Below the pieces are notes generated by a model. That model made no database searches and was not told where the DNA came from. It was given only the letters and a program-made list of their open reading frames with translations. From Cetorhinus maximus (Eukaryota), in NCBI RefSeq assembly GCF_964194155.1, contig NC_135901.1, positions 21,638,001 through 21,702,000 of the forward strand: 64,000 bases of DNA. Direction: 5' to 3'. This document shows, piece after piece, positions 12,950 to 25,399 of this stretch (position 1 is the first letter of the stretch; every line of letters starts with the position of its first letter). The position numbers and the translations under genes are program-made.

Positions 12950-13500
12950 TGTGTACAGTTTTGGTGTCCTTAATTAAGGGGAGCTATTCCCAAGAATAAC
13001 TTGGGAGCAGTTCAGAGAAAGATCACCAGGCTGATTCCTGGGATGAAGATGTTGTCTTATGAGGAAAGGTTGGGCCTGTACTCATGGGAGTTTAGAAGAA
13101 TGAGAGGTGATCTTACTGAGACCTATACGATTCTGAGGGGGGTTGACAGGGTAGATGAAGAGAGGCTGTTTCCCCTCGTGGGGGATTCTAGAACTAGGAG
13201 AGCAGAGCCTCAAAATAAGGGGTCTCTCATTTAACATGGAATTGAGGAGAAATTTCTTCCATCAGAGGGCCATTATTCTGTGGAATTCTCTTCCCCAGAG
13301 AGTAATGGAGGCCAAGTCATTGAATATATTCAAGGCTGAGTTATACAAACTTTTGATTGACAAGAGAGTCAAGGGTCATGGGTGACAGGCAGGAAATTGA
13401 AGTTAAGGTCACAATCAGATCAACCATGATCCTATTGAATGGAAGAGCAGGCTCGATAGGCCAAATGGCCTACTGCTGCTCATATTTCTTATGATGTTAT
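12950..13500 (+). mobile_element. CR1 LINE 3' end
   Basis: ORFs 13001-13234 and 13155-13385 match the CR1 C-terminus (SYEERL, RMRGDL, LWNSLPQ). Confidence 0.85.
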
Positions 13501-14013
13501 GATCTCTGTGCTGAGGACAGAAAGCGGTGTGTATTGATCTGTCAATCAGCTTGAAGCAGCACCTTCAGGAGAATGGGGAGGGTGTATATTAGGTATAGCA
13601 GAGTGAGAATGGAGGGAGAGGGTGTGGGGCAGAGATTTACAGCTTTTGGGGAACGAGAGAGGAAAGAATGTTCCATAGAAATTGGAATTGTCTGTTCTGA
13701 ATTTCCATCCTTTACTGACGGTGATGACTTTCTGTAAATTCGTTTTACAGGATATTAGAAGGGGAGATTTGGAGACAGAAATCACAAAACAAATGTCACA
13801 TCATGATCTGACATCAGTTGATTCGCTGGGATGTGAATACCATTGGCCATTTTAACATCAGTTTGACTGGAACAGCACCAAGTCTCACACCCAGTTACAC
13901 GGCCTGAAAAACATCACACCATTCACAGTGGGGAGACCCTGTACACATTTTCTGTGTGTAGACGAGGCTTCAACTGATTATCCAACTGGGAGAGACACAA
14001 GGACACCAGCACC

Positions 14014-14856
14014 ATGGAGAAACCGTGGAAATGTGGGGACTGTGGGAAGGGATTCAGAACCCCGTCTGAGCTGGAAACTCATCGACGCAGTCACACCGGG
14101 GAGAGACCATTCATCTGCTCGAAGTGTGGGAAGGGATTCGCTCAGTCATCCACACTGCTGACACACCAGCGAGTTCACAGCAGAGAGAGGCCATTCACCT
14201 GTTCTCAGTGTGGGAAAGGATTCACTAATTCATCCCTTCTCCTGAGACACCAGCGAGTTCACACTGGGGAGAGGCCGTTCACCTGCTCTGACTGTGGGAA
14301 GGGATTTAAAGATTCATCCACACTGCGAACACATCAGCGAGTTCACACTGAGGAGAGGCCGTTCACCTGCTCTGACTGTGGGAAGGGATTTAAGGATTCA
14401 TCCACACTGCTAACACACCAGCGAGTTCACAGCGGAGAGAAACCATTCATCTGCTCCATGTGTGGGAAGGGATTCACTCAGTCTTCAAATCTGCTGAAAC
14501 ACCAGCAAGTTCACTCCGGGCAGAAGCCGTTCACCTGCTCTGAGTGTGGGAAGGGATTCAGTGATTCATTTCACCTGCTGAGACACCAGAGAGTTCACAC
14601 TGGGGAGAGGCCATTCACCTGTTCCATGTGTGGGAAGGGATTCACTCATTCATCCACCTTGCTGGCACACCAGCGAGTTCACACAGGGGAAAGGCCGTTC
14701 ACCTGCTCTGTGTGTGGGAAGGGATTCACTCAGTCTTCCAATCTGCTGAAACACTGGCGAGTTCACTCCGGGCAGAAACCATTCACCTGCTCTGAGTGTG
14801 GGAAGGGATTCAGTGATTCATTCCACCGGCTGAGACACCAGAAAGTTCACAAGTGA
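14014..14856 (+). CDS. C2H2 zinc-finger protein, 10 fingers
   Basis: Intact 280-aa ORF, ACCATGG start context. Confidence 0.92.
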   Translation: MEKPWKCGDCGKGFRTPSELETHRRSHTGERPFICSKCGKGFAQSSTLLTHQRVHSRERPFTCSQCGKGFTNSSLLLRHQRVHTGERPFTCSDCGKGFKDSSTLRTHQRVHTEERPFTCSDCGKGFKDSSTLLTHQRVHSGEKPFICSMCGKGFTQSSNLLKHQQVHSGQKPFTCSECGKGFSDSFHLLRHQRVHTGERPFTCSMCGKGFTHSSTLLAHQRVHTGERPFTCSVCGKGFTQSSNLLKHWRVHSGQKPFTCSECGKGFSDSFHRLRHQKVHK

Positions 14857-15119
14857 TTACAGGGGTTGGATTCTGCTGTTATTGCTGCTGTTAATCACAC
14901 CCAGGACTGAACCATATTCCTTCTGACAGTTGGTGAAGTGGGAGGATCAGAGGGTTTCTTTCTGCTGGACTGGCCGGTTTCATGACTTTCCTTCCAGTGG
15001 ACTGATGCTCTTTGAGCCTGGGAGTGCACATTTCCAGTGAAATGATCAACGAAGGAAGATGAAGATCCAGATTTTATCCTGGATAGTAAATAGTGTTTTT
15101 CCTACTACTACAGGTGTCT

Positions 15120-15700
15120 TATCTTGTTTTTCACCTGTCTTTGTTTCGAGGGTTGCCACACTATGAATAATCTTTCTCCACTGATTTCTATTCTCTGCTG
15201 CCCTCACTGCCTGTCCCATTGAGAGGCCAGTTCACCTTCTGATATTATCCATCTATTCTATCTTGGGTCTTCCTGGTGCACATTTTCCAGGTGTATGTTC
15301 TTGCATTACCTCTTTTTCCAAACACTCGCCTCCTGTTCACATCACGTGTCCAAACTCTGTGAGCTTCCCTGATATCACTGCCTCAAACAAGTTCCTCTTA
15401 ACACCAGCTTTCTCAAGCACCCACTTGTCTGTCCTCCTCGCCATCCATGACACATGGAATATCTGTCTGAGGCCTTTCATTTCAAAAGCTCTCATTCGAG
15501 CCTCCTCATTATTCTTGATGGTCCAGCTTTCACACTCGTACATTGTCACTGGCCACACAAGGGCTTTCACAAGACACATGTTTGTTGTAATCGAGATGCT
15601 GTGGCTGCTCCATACTCTGTTAAGTGAGCTCACAACGCCATGACCCTTGCTAAGTCTGGCCCAAATTTCTTTGGTGACTCTGTATCTACCACTACAGGGA
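15120..15700 (-). mobile_element. RTE-clade LINE 3' fragment
   Basis: ORF 15337-15633 (LVKALVWPVTMYECESWT, AFEM) is typical RTE ORF C-terminus. Confidence 0.8.
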
Positions 15701-16029
15701 GATATAAAATAAATACGTTTGTCCCTGTTCCATTGACTCTACAGCACAGGGCCAGGCCAGTCAGCTCAACTGGTCTGTCAGTATTTATGCTCCACATGAG
15801 CTTCCTCCCACCCCTCTTCACTTCCCCCATCAGCATATCCTTTTATTCCTTTCTCCCTCATTTATGTATCTAGCTTCTCCTTAAATGTATTCACGCTATT
15901 CACCTCAACCACTCGCTGTGGTAGCGAATTCCACATTCTCACCACTCGCTGGGTAAAGAAGTTTTTCATGAAATCCCTATTTGGATTATTGAACCCCTTC
16001 ATAATCTTAAACTCTTTGGTCAGGTCACA

Positions 16030-16190
16030 GTGCCAATGATTATGTTTTGGGTGGATCCCATGGAATCCCCTCTGGAGCAGCTTCCCTGGTGAGTCAGTCT
16101 GCCTGGTTATTACCATCAACCTCTTCACTAACTCTGCTGCTGATGTACCTTCACCTTGCAAATAGTAATTTGTCCTGGACACATACCAGC
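16030..16190 (-). mobile_element. Second retroviral RNase H C-terminal fragment
   Basis: Paralog of about 920-1065; reads PGQITICKVKVH then GNNQAD..TREAAPEGIPWDP. Confidence 0.65.
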
Positions 16191-17240
16191 ATGTCCCAGT
16201 TCTCCACCCTGGGATTCCTTGTATGAACAGGATGGGATGTGTTTTGAGACAGGATGTCCCAGTTCTCCACCCTGGGATTCTGAGTATGAACAGGGAGAAT
16301 ATCTTCGGTCTGTCCGCAAGCATGACCCAGACCTCCCTGTCGCTTGCCATTTCAACACTCCACCCTGCTGTCATGCCTACATGTCCGTCCTTGGCCTGCT
16401 GCATTGTTCCAGTGAAGCTCCACGCAAACTGGAGGAACAGCACCTCATCTTCCGGACTGAATATTGAGTTCAACAATTTTAGATCATGAACTCTCTCCTC
16501 CATCCCCACCCCCTTTCTGATCCCCCTTTTTTTCCCCAATAATTTATATAGATTTTTCTTTTCCCACCTATTTCTGTTATTTTTAAATGTATTTCCATCC
16601 ATTGTTTTATCTCTACCTTTTAGCCTATTTCGATCCCTTCCCTTCACCCCACCCCCACTAGGGCTATCTGTACCTTGCTTGTCCTGCTTTCTACCCTTAA
16701 TTAGCACATTCCTTAGATAATATCACCACCTTCAACACCTCTTTGTCCTTTTGTCTATGACATCTTTGGCTATATCCACCTATCAATGGCCCTCTATCCA
16801 GCTCTACCTGTCCCACCCCTCTTAAACCAGCTTATATTTCACCTCTTCTATTTTTACTTAGTCCTGTTGAAGAATCAAACGGAATCGAAACATTAACTGT
16901 GTTCCTCTCCGCAGATGCTGCTATACCTGCTGAGTTTTTCCAGGTATTTTTATTTTTGTTTTGGATTTCCAGCATCCGCAGTTTTTTGCTTTTATATTAT
17001 ATGAACACGGTGGGATGTGTTTGGAGACAGGATGTCCCAGTTCTCCACACTGGGATTCTTAGTATGAACAGGGTGCGATGTTTTTTGAGACAGGATGTCC
17101 CAGTTTTCCACCCTGGGATTCTCAGTATGAACAGGGTGGGATGTGTTTTGAGACAGGATGTCCCAGTTCTCCACACTGGGATTCTCAGTATGAACAGGGT
17201 GGGATGTGTTTGGAGACAGGATGTTCCAGTTCTCCACCTT
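16191..17240. repeat. 61-bp minisatellite split by a Penelope insertion
   Basis: Unit atgaacagggtgggatgtgttttgagacaggatgtcccagttctccacactgggattctcagt; under 2 copies at 16191-16295 and about 4 at 17001-17240. Confidence 0.9.
16296..16995 (+). mobile_element. 5'-truncated Penelope-like element
   Basis: GIY-YIG tail (PVACHFN, LEEQHLIF) plus the same 3' region as 54487-55977. Confidence 0.85.
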
Positions 17241-17309
17241 TAAAGGGACAAGGAGAGGACCAGATGGATAGAATGGTGATGCTTTATGACATCAGTGCAG
17301 TGCCTGGGA

Positions 17310-17625
17310 TCTAACCTCCCTGAACCCTGCTCGATATTGGCTGGGAGAGTTTGATGGGACAGTGCAGAGAGAGTTTTACTCTCTTATTAAAACTGTGCCG
17401 TACCTGCTCTGTGGCACCGTTTGATGTGGCACATTGTGGGAGTTTTTATCTGGAGCTAGCCTGGGCTGTACTTGCCCTGGGTGTGTTTGATGGGATGATT
17501 TAGAGGGAGCTTTGCTCACTATCTAATTCCAACACTTGTTGTACCTACCTTGGGAATATTTGATGGGAAAGTGTAAATGGACCTTTACTCTGTTTCTAAC
17601 ATGTGTTGTATCTGCCCTGAGTGAA
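17310..17625. repeat. Degenerate satellite, unit about 60-65 bp
   Basis: Recurring (g)tttgatgg, (g)ctttactc and ctgtacctgc motifs, about 5 diverged units. Confidence 0.65.
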
Positions 17626-17959
17626 TTCCACATTGGAACAGGCATATTAAATTCTCTCATCTTGAGAAATGCTTTAAAAGATTAAAGTAGTTAATTCACA
17701 ATACGTTCCTCATAGAGAGAGGCTGTTTAAATATCCTATGTACGGAAAGAAATGAGACAACAGTTCACCTGTGACTGCAGGTGTTGGATTCTGCTGTGAT
17801 TCATCTCATTCAGGCCTGTACCATGTCAGAATTCCAGTGAACTTTTAATATCTGTGAGACTTTTAAAATTAATTTTACTGATTTAATTAATTTGTGCATC
17901 TCAATGGAATCACAGAGATCAACCATTATTTACTATTTGGGATTTTCAATGTCAGGGTT

Positions 17960-18880
17960 TTTGCCCAACAATCCCCGCAGAAGGAAATGTGCCCTGTTCA
18001 CTCCACACAAGCTCAGTGTGCAGGTGTAGTGCTGGACAGTATCTGAAGCATGCCCAGTTTTGCTTTGACCAGAACCATGCAAGTGCTGGATGCACTCTTC
18101 AGGCAGGTGAGCTGGTGACATGCAGGGGATCAAGGCTTTAGAAAAACCTGGTGAAGGCCGGAAGACCTGAATAAGAACCTGCAGGGCCCAAATTTGCCAC
18201 TCTGGGGCCCAGGTTGATAGCTGCCATCTTGCTTCAGGAAGTAGCCCAGCAAATGCGTGGCCATCTTGGTGAGGGAACAGGGAATGGGTGGGGCTTCAGG
18301 GTCCCAGTGACCAGGAGAGAAAATTATTGAGTCATTGATTTCATTACCAGTCTGCACACAAATGAGAACTGAACCCAGCCAGAGTAGAAGGAGGGAGGAA
18401 ACTGGGAGTGGAGGAAAGGAGTGGTGCAGATGGCACAATGAGTTTGGTTTTCATCACAAGGAGAAAAGCACCAAGACGCACAGCCAAGTGAGAGTGTTCC
18501 CGTGCACTGGCTGTGGAAGAGCTTTAACCAGTTGCACAGCCTGAACAACATCACACCATTCACAGCAGAGAGAAACCATACACGTGTTTTGTGTGCGTGG
18601 ACCAGGTTTCAACTGGTCATCCAACTTAGAGAGACACAAGGACACTAACAACATGGAGAATCTGTGAAAATGTGAGGACTGTGGGAAGGAATTCAGTTAT
18701 CCAAGCTGGAAAGTAATTGGCGAACTCTCACAGGGGAGAGGCCATTCACTTAACCTGTCTGCTGGAAAGGATTCACTTAGTCATCTAGCCTGCTGTTACA
18801 CCAGCGAGTTCACACAGGGGAGAGGCTAGTCACCTGCTGTTTGCATGGGAAAAGAATCAGTCAGTCATTTACCAGCTTCC
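17960..18880 (+). pseudogene. Decayed ZNF locus (promoter relic plus broken fingers)
   Basis: CpG-depleted promoter module; ATG 18653 gives MENL*KCEDCGKEF with stops and frameshifts. Confidence 0.75.
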
Positions 18881-18944
18881 TATGTTGAAATAAATTTGAC
18901 AATGAATCCACTGCTTTTCAGAGATCCCTGGATTAATTTCAAAT

Positions 18945-19637
18945 TGTAACAGGATGTTGGCCCCTAAAAGGCTAATTGTATGTTGTGTTCTTGCACAATT
19001 ATCTGGACCCAGACCCCTTCAAACAAGCTCAGAAAGTAGGAAACAATAGGTTGTAAAATGTTTATTTCTATTACACAAGTGACTACATACTGAGACTATG
19101 AGATTACTGGATACTCATGGGAGGAATCATCAGAAAGAGTTGTGAGTGTGATCAGCACATTGTTCTAATCTGGTTACCCTGGTTAAAGTTAGACCAGGTC
19201 AAGAGCCCCAAGCTTTTGTGTATTGAACCATTTTTGTTTTAGTAAGGTCTTGCTAACATGATAACAAATATCAACATCTTCTGTTTTTGTTTATTAAAAT
19301 GGAAAAAGATCAATCTAATGAACTCATCCTGTAAATGATTTAATCCTCTTTAAGTGAGTCTGAGAGATAATGTAATTTCTTTTGTCACAGTTTGTGCCTG
19401 AAAATCTCATCTCTTTCTGAGAGACTTAATGTCTTTGTATTGAGTTCATCCCCTGACCCTCTGGCTCAGTGTCGAGAACATACATTATCTGTCCTTTCAG
19501 ATCATTGATCTATTCCTGTCTAATCTTATCCTCAATAGGACCTTCTGCTTCTATTACAGATTCATACCTTTGAGAAATGTTTAATAAAGCTATTATAATT
19601 ATTCAGATCTTCCTCACCTGGCCTCCCTCTGTCTACA
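18945..19637 (-). mobile_element. ERV 3' LTR (about 693 bp)
   Basis: Minus strand: PPT AAGGTGGGGAA then TGTAGAC...GTTACA; internal AATAAA; homologous to 27520-29195. Confidence 0.7.
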
Positions 19638-19649
19638 TTCCCCACCTTG

Positions 19650-20720
19650 AGGCTCAAGAATGTTATTCCTTTTGTAGCTTCAAAGCTTTACTCTTGGTCA
19701 GTGCAAGCATTTCCAGTATATTATTTCCCCTTGTAATCTGTCTTTCAATCCTCTTCATCAACCAGGCCATGAACATTAGGGGAATTAGCATAATCATAGT
19801 AATACCAAGAGGAAATTAGGGGCAGTGATTATCCAGGGATGTTGTCCAGTATTTCACATTATCTGCCAGTGGGACTGATCACCCAGTGTAACAATGAACC
19901 ATTCAATGTTAACAGCAGGAGGGTGAATTTAACGTGGTTAATTCTATCCTGATTGTTTTAAAGTCTGTTTCTCGATGGAGTATGTGTCAATGCACTGATA
20001 ATATAAAAAGTCTCATTCTACTAACCACATTAATCACTTTATGTTGTTGTGTTGTTGAGTTCCTGAGCATGTCAGGGACTCATTCCTCAGAGCAGGTTCA
20101 CCATGCATCTCCACATGTTAATTACTTCACATGTAACAAATCATATTTGCACACACACACACCAGTATCCCAACATCATGCTACACATGCCGTCTGATAC
20201 AAGGCACTCTTGCCTTTTAGGTAAACTTACCAAAAAGGAGGGTGTCTGACGATCTTGGTTTTTCTCCCCACTGCATGGTGCAATGCTTCAGGTACTGACC
20301 AGACTATTAAATGCAGTTACCTTGAAAAGTTCAGAGGCAAGGATACTAACATCTTCAACAAAAGGTTATCAATTTACTAGTTTCATCTACACTTTCCTTT
20401 CTTCCACTTAAATGTACACGGATACCAGATTGATCTATTATCTTGAACTATACCCAGGATGAGTTATTACAACGTTCATTTGTTGGTATGATTGTCTCTC
20501 TATTTTATTCTAAGTGGGCCATCCCATTAATCACCATTCTATCTCATTCATGAGCCCTGGGGGAACTTTACTGTCCAACTCAATATTCACACAATATGGT
20601 GTTTTTACATCAGAGATAGAAGTACTTGCAATCAATTTAGACCTAACTTCCATACCTCCCGTTATCAAACATTTTGTCTTGAAAGATAACAAGTGGGATA
20701 AATCCAAACCTTTAAAAGGC
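19650..20720 (-). mobile_element. Decayed ERV env-like region
   Basis: HPWII motif, hydrophobic TM-like stretch and basic tail just before the PPT; Cys-rich pieces upstream; homologous to 26340-27505 and 51125-52073. Confidence 0.6.
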
Positions 20721-22489
20721 AGTCTTTAGTTCAAATCATCACAGTGGACAGGGGTTAACTTCTCTTGTTTGCAGAAAGGTTGGAGCAAATGTTCTCAAAT
20801 GTGCACAATTGTATCAAATTTACATAACTTTTCAGATCAAAGATGAACCAAATGCCATTTTTGTTTCTCCAGTTCTTTTGGTATTTCTCACAGCTCTTTT
20901 GTTCTCTCTTCAGATTACTGTTATAATCCCATCTGATGTTAATACTGGACAATAAGATCCCAGAGTGAATCCTGGTTTGACAGATCCTACATTTTTTTGA
21001 AGAAACTGTGAAGGAAAGTTCATCAACAGGAGTCTGTTGATGAACTTCTAATGCAAGGAATAAACTATTTATTAAACAAGAAAAAATGAACTATATTACA
21101 CCAGACAAAAAGTTTGGAAAGATTTCAATACCAACAAAAAAAGACACTTCAGATTTATGCTATTCCTTTACACCAGAAATATCTTTACAGACACATAAAC
21201 CACTGAAGAGTTACCACTAGCTTGACACAAAAGCCTCTCGCTTGGGGCTGGCACAGTTGCAAACGGTTTTCTTCCAGTGAATTCCTGAGCATTCACTCGA
21301 TGCTTATCACCCAACTTGTATCTCTCCCCGAGACACCCAAAAAACACACTCTAAACTCATTGCTTTTTCAATTGCAAAGTGAACAATTGAGTTCCCTAAA
21401 CTCCATCTTCCAGTAGCACCTCTGCTAAACTGATCACTTTACTGAGTTCTATAACTGATAATTCAGTTAACTGCTGTTCCCAAGAGCCTTACAATTTTTC
21501 TTATCAGAGAGCTTAAAATTCCTGTGTTCTCTCTTTGACGCACTCTGAATTCTCAATGACAGATGCAACCAAAGCAGATTCCTTGGATTTCTCAACACCC
21601 AGACACTTGTCACACTGTGAGCCAACTGATCTCAATGAAACTTTGTCTTTCTCATGAGGGATTCCAATCTCCACATCTGAAGATCTCACCTTGGAGTTCT
21701 TTCCAAAGGTCACTCCCACTTGGGCAGTTTCAACAATGTCCCACCTCACAGGGTTTCAATCTCTCCTTCCAAGATTCCTTTCCCCTGGATTCTCGAGTAC
21801 ACTCAAGCATCACATTCCAAACACAATTTCAGATCTTTGGCTGTGCCAAGCAGAACACCACTGCTTCAAAGAGGTATCCAACAGCCCACAGCGTGGAGTC
21901 ACTGACCTTCGGCATCCTCCTCGGATCTTAAGGGCTTCTCTCAAGTCCACTTCACTACAAGTCTGCTCACTGCAGCTTCTTATTTAACTCTGAGCCTATT
22001 TATCTGCTCCTTTCCTTTACCTTATTTAAGAGGACCTATTCCTGTCCCCTATCTTCATCCCTTAACTGGAACTACCTTTTGGGACCTCTCCCTGATTTGG
22101 GAACTTCTCCCTCTCCCGTGTCCTGCTCCCTGGGACATCTACAAGATAATGGCGCTCCATCTCAGGTCATCTGACATGCATTTCCGAACTGGAGTTCCTG
22201 GCCTCTGAACCAAAGAAGGTGAGTTCAGCTTTCATCACACGCCTTTGCAAATGACTGTAATATAACTGAAGAAAATTAAAACTAAATAAGTTAGCATTGA
22301 AACTTCAACCTTAAACCAAAAGAGTCAAAGAGGGTGGAGCTCCCTATAGCTTATAAGTTCTGGATCATAACTTCAAGGCTGCAGCTTATCTTTAGGGAAT
22401 CCAACTTTTCGGTGCCTTTTGCAGTTCTACAAGTAAATTGTGATTCATGCTAAAAGGTTTACTTTCACTCAGTAATTATAACGTTTCAC

Positions 22490-23450
22490 TTTTCTCAGCA
22501 CATAAGCTGGCAGCATTTTAAATCCCAATTGTATGCTTCTCTTGTAGCTGGTGCATGGAGAAGATCATTTCCACTGTAGATCTGCCAGCACAGAAACTGC
22601 ACTGTGTTCCTGGATACACTCGGTCTGCAAAAAGATAAAGTGTTTAAGCATGACCATAGTGTAGGTCTTCCCTGTGACGCTAAGGAGTGAGATGCCTCTC
22701 TAATTGTTGCAATCTCCTCTCTCACCTTTGTTTTTGTATATTGTGATGACTTCTGCATCATGCATGTCCTGTGGAACAGATGCTACCTTCCAGAGAAGGA
22801 GGTGCTCATAATATCTGGAACTTCCTGTACCTGAGCAGTTTGGTTGGAATTCCATCCTTGCCGGGTGCTTTTCTGCTTGCTATGACTAATTGGGCCTGGT
22901 CAAGCTCAAATGGTGTGGGGTCTTTATCCAACTCAACTATGATGGGAAGTTGCAGGAGAGAGTCAAACAGACTGGGAGATAGCTGTCTCACGGGGGTACA
23001 GCTCACAATAGTGTTCAGCCCAGTGGGACATCTGTTTACTTCTGTCAGTGAGTACGTCACCATCCGTGATTTCAGGGGTCAACTTTGGTGATGGTCGGAC
23101 CAAGTGCCCTTTTGATCCCATCATACATTGCACATAGATTTCCATTGTTACAGGCAATTTGGATTTCTTGACATAGGCTGATCCAGTGTTTATTTATACC
23201 GTATCTCCCTGTCTTTTGCACAATCATCTTGGCTACTTTCAAGTTATGCAGTGTTCTAGCTGTTGGGTTTATGTTGTGCATCAGGTAGGCTTTGCTTTTT
23301 GCTTCATTGATAGATGCCATCTCTGCTGAGTCGGTCTCAAACCAGTCTTTGTTGTGCGTTCCACCTTTACCAAATGTTGCTGCTGCTGTGTCAGAAATGA
23401 TTGAACTCAGCGACTTTCAAGCTTCATCAATATCAATGTTGATTGATGAA
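22490..23450 (-). mobile_element. RTE-like LINE internal fragment
   Basis: MYDGIKRALGP, WAEHYCELY, KAPGKDGIP motifs in minus ORFs. Confidence 0.75.
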
Positions 23451-23901
23451 GCTTTTATTGATGTGCCTGTAAAATATTTCACTATTTTGTTTAACGTTCC
23501 TTCTTAATTTGATTTCATGATCAAGGTGTCATTGAAGAATGTGTAAGTCAGTAAGAATTGTCAGCAAGGATTAATCAACACTTTATAACTGGAGATGTTA
23601 ATCACTGGAACATTTCTGACACTGAATTGTAGATTTTGCATCAAATATCAATTTAGGATTGAAGTAAAATCCAAAATTTTATTGTAAACTAGTTCCCGGG
23701 GAGAGTTCTTGTATTCAGGGGAAAGACCACAAATGGTGCTTTTAAAAACGGACATTGCAGCCCTGAAAGTCAGTGACATCTCCAGAATATTAAACTCCAG
23801 CCAGGGTTGTTAACATCAGCAGGAACAAACCTAATATTGTCAGACTATCAGTCCTGGGTGTGATTAACAGCAGCAAAAACAGCAGAGTTCAACCGCTGTA
23901 A

Positions 23902-24492
23902 TCACTTGTGAACCCGCTTGTGTCTCAGTAGGTGTTGTGACTGAGTGAATCCCGACCCACACAAGGAGCAGGTGAACGGTCTGTCCCCGATATGAACTCG
24001 CTGATGTGTCAGCAGTTGGGATGACCAACAGAATCCCTTCCCACACATGGAGCAAGTGAACGGCTTCTCCCCAGTGTGAGTACGTTGGTGTTCATTGAGG
24101 TCAGTTGACTGCCTGAAACTCTTTCCACAGGAAGTACAGCTGAATGGATTCTCCTTCATGTGCGTTTGGTGGTGTGACTGGAGGGAAAATACCTGAGTGA
24201 ATCCCTTCCCACACACGAAGCAAGTGAATGGTCTCCCACCCGTGTGAATTCGCTGGTGTTCAGTGAGGATGGATGTAGACTTGAACCTCTCTCCACAGGT
24301 TGTGTAGCTGAATGGCTTCTTCTCAGTGTGAACTCGCTGGTGTGACCGAAGGCCGGATGACCGAGTGAATCCCTTCCCACACACTGAACAGCTGAATGGA
24401 TTCTCCCCAGTGTGAATGCGTCGATGGATTTCCAGCCGGGATGAATAGGTGAATTCTTTACCACAGTCCTCACATTTCCACAGTTTCTCCAT
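23902..24492 (-). CDS. C2H2 zinc-finger protein, 7 fingers (third lacks its first Cys)
   Basis: Intact 196-aa ORF, ACCATGG start. Confidence 0.88.
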   Translation of the reverse strand: MEKLWKCEDCGKEFTYSSRLEIHRRIHTGENPFSCSVCGKGFTRSSGLRSHQRVHTEKKPFSYTTCGERFKSTSILTEHQRIHTGGRPFTCFVCGKGFTQVFSLQSHHQTHMKENPFSCTSCGKSFRQSTDLNEHQRTHTGEKPFTCSMCGKGFCWSSQLLTHQRVHIGDRPFTCSLCGSGFTQSQHLLRHKRVHK

Positions 24493-25014
24493 GGTGCTGG
24501 TATTTTTTGTCTCTCTCCAGGCTGGACAATCAGTTGAACCTTTACCACATTACAACATGTGCACAGTTTCTCCCCACTGTGAATGATCTGATGTTCCTTC
24601 AGGCTGTGTAACTGGTTAAAGCTCTTTCCATAGTCAATTCACTGGAACACTTTCAATCGGGTGTATGTGTCTTGGTGACTTTCCAGTCATAATGTTTGAA
24701 ACATTTCCCCACAGACAGAACAGACAAACATTTCTCCACATTGAAAGCCTGATGATATTCAGGTCCTGATCAATCGAGTGACTCTGTCAGACCATGCTGT
24801 GATGTTAGGTTGATTTACAGGCTTCCAGTCTGTAAATCCACCCGTTCTAATACCCTGGAAAAGGAGTTTACAAAATTCATCACTGTGAATACAGGATAGA
24901 AATTCTGAACAGACAAACCTAGTTTCTATGGAACATGCTATCCTCTTGTTCCTGCAAAGCAGTAAATCCTCACCCTACACAGTCTCCCTCCTCCCCATGC
25001 TGGAATCCAAACTC

Positions 25015-25288
25015 CAGAGTGACCAACTGTACAGTATTTTACAGAATTGTCCCATATTTGAGAGTCAACTGTCCAGGTGCTAGAACACTGTTTGTCCCAC
25101 AAATTGGACCTGTCTGGTCGCGCCCTATGCAGTACCCTGAGGCCTACTGCTTCTGTGTTCAAACAGCTCTGGCAGCTAATTCCCCATACCAACTCTGGCA
25201 GCACCCCACACAGCATCCCACCACCCACTCGTATGGACTCCCATGGCAGGCTGTCCCTCAATTTTCTCCATGAGAGTTGGTCATCCTG
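25015..25288. mobile_element. hAT-type non-autonomous DNA transposon (MITE)
   Basis: Imperfect TIRs CAGAGTGACCAAC / GTTGGTCATCCTG; 8-bp flanks CCAAACTC and CCAAACCC (7/8 TSD). Confidence 0.7.
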
Positions 25289-25399
25289 CCAAACCCATCA
25301 CACCATTCCTTTCCTCACTCCCAGTTTTATCCCTCTCTGTACTCTGGCTGGGTTCCGTTCTCAAATCCCTGTGTGGAGAGTGTGAATATCATCAATGAA

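Noticed and set aside
15862-16707. 281-aa minus-strand ORF as a gene
   Set aside because: Chance read-through of antisense Penelope, minisatellite, ERV and CR1 pieces
17001-17240. CRISPR-like array
   Set aside because: Head-to-tail 61-bp units with no unique spacers, no cas genes, eukaryotic context
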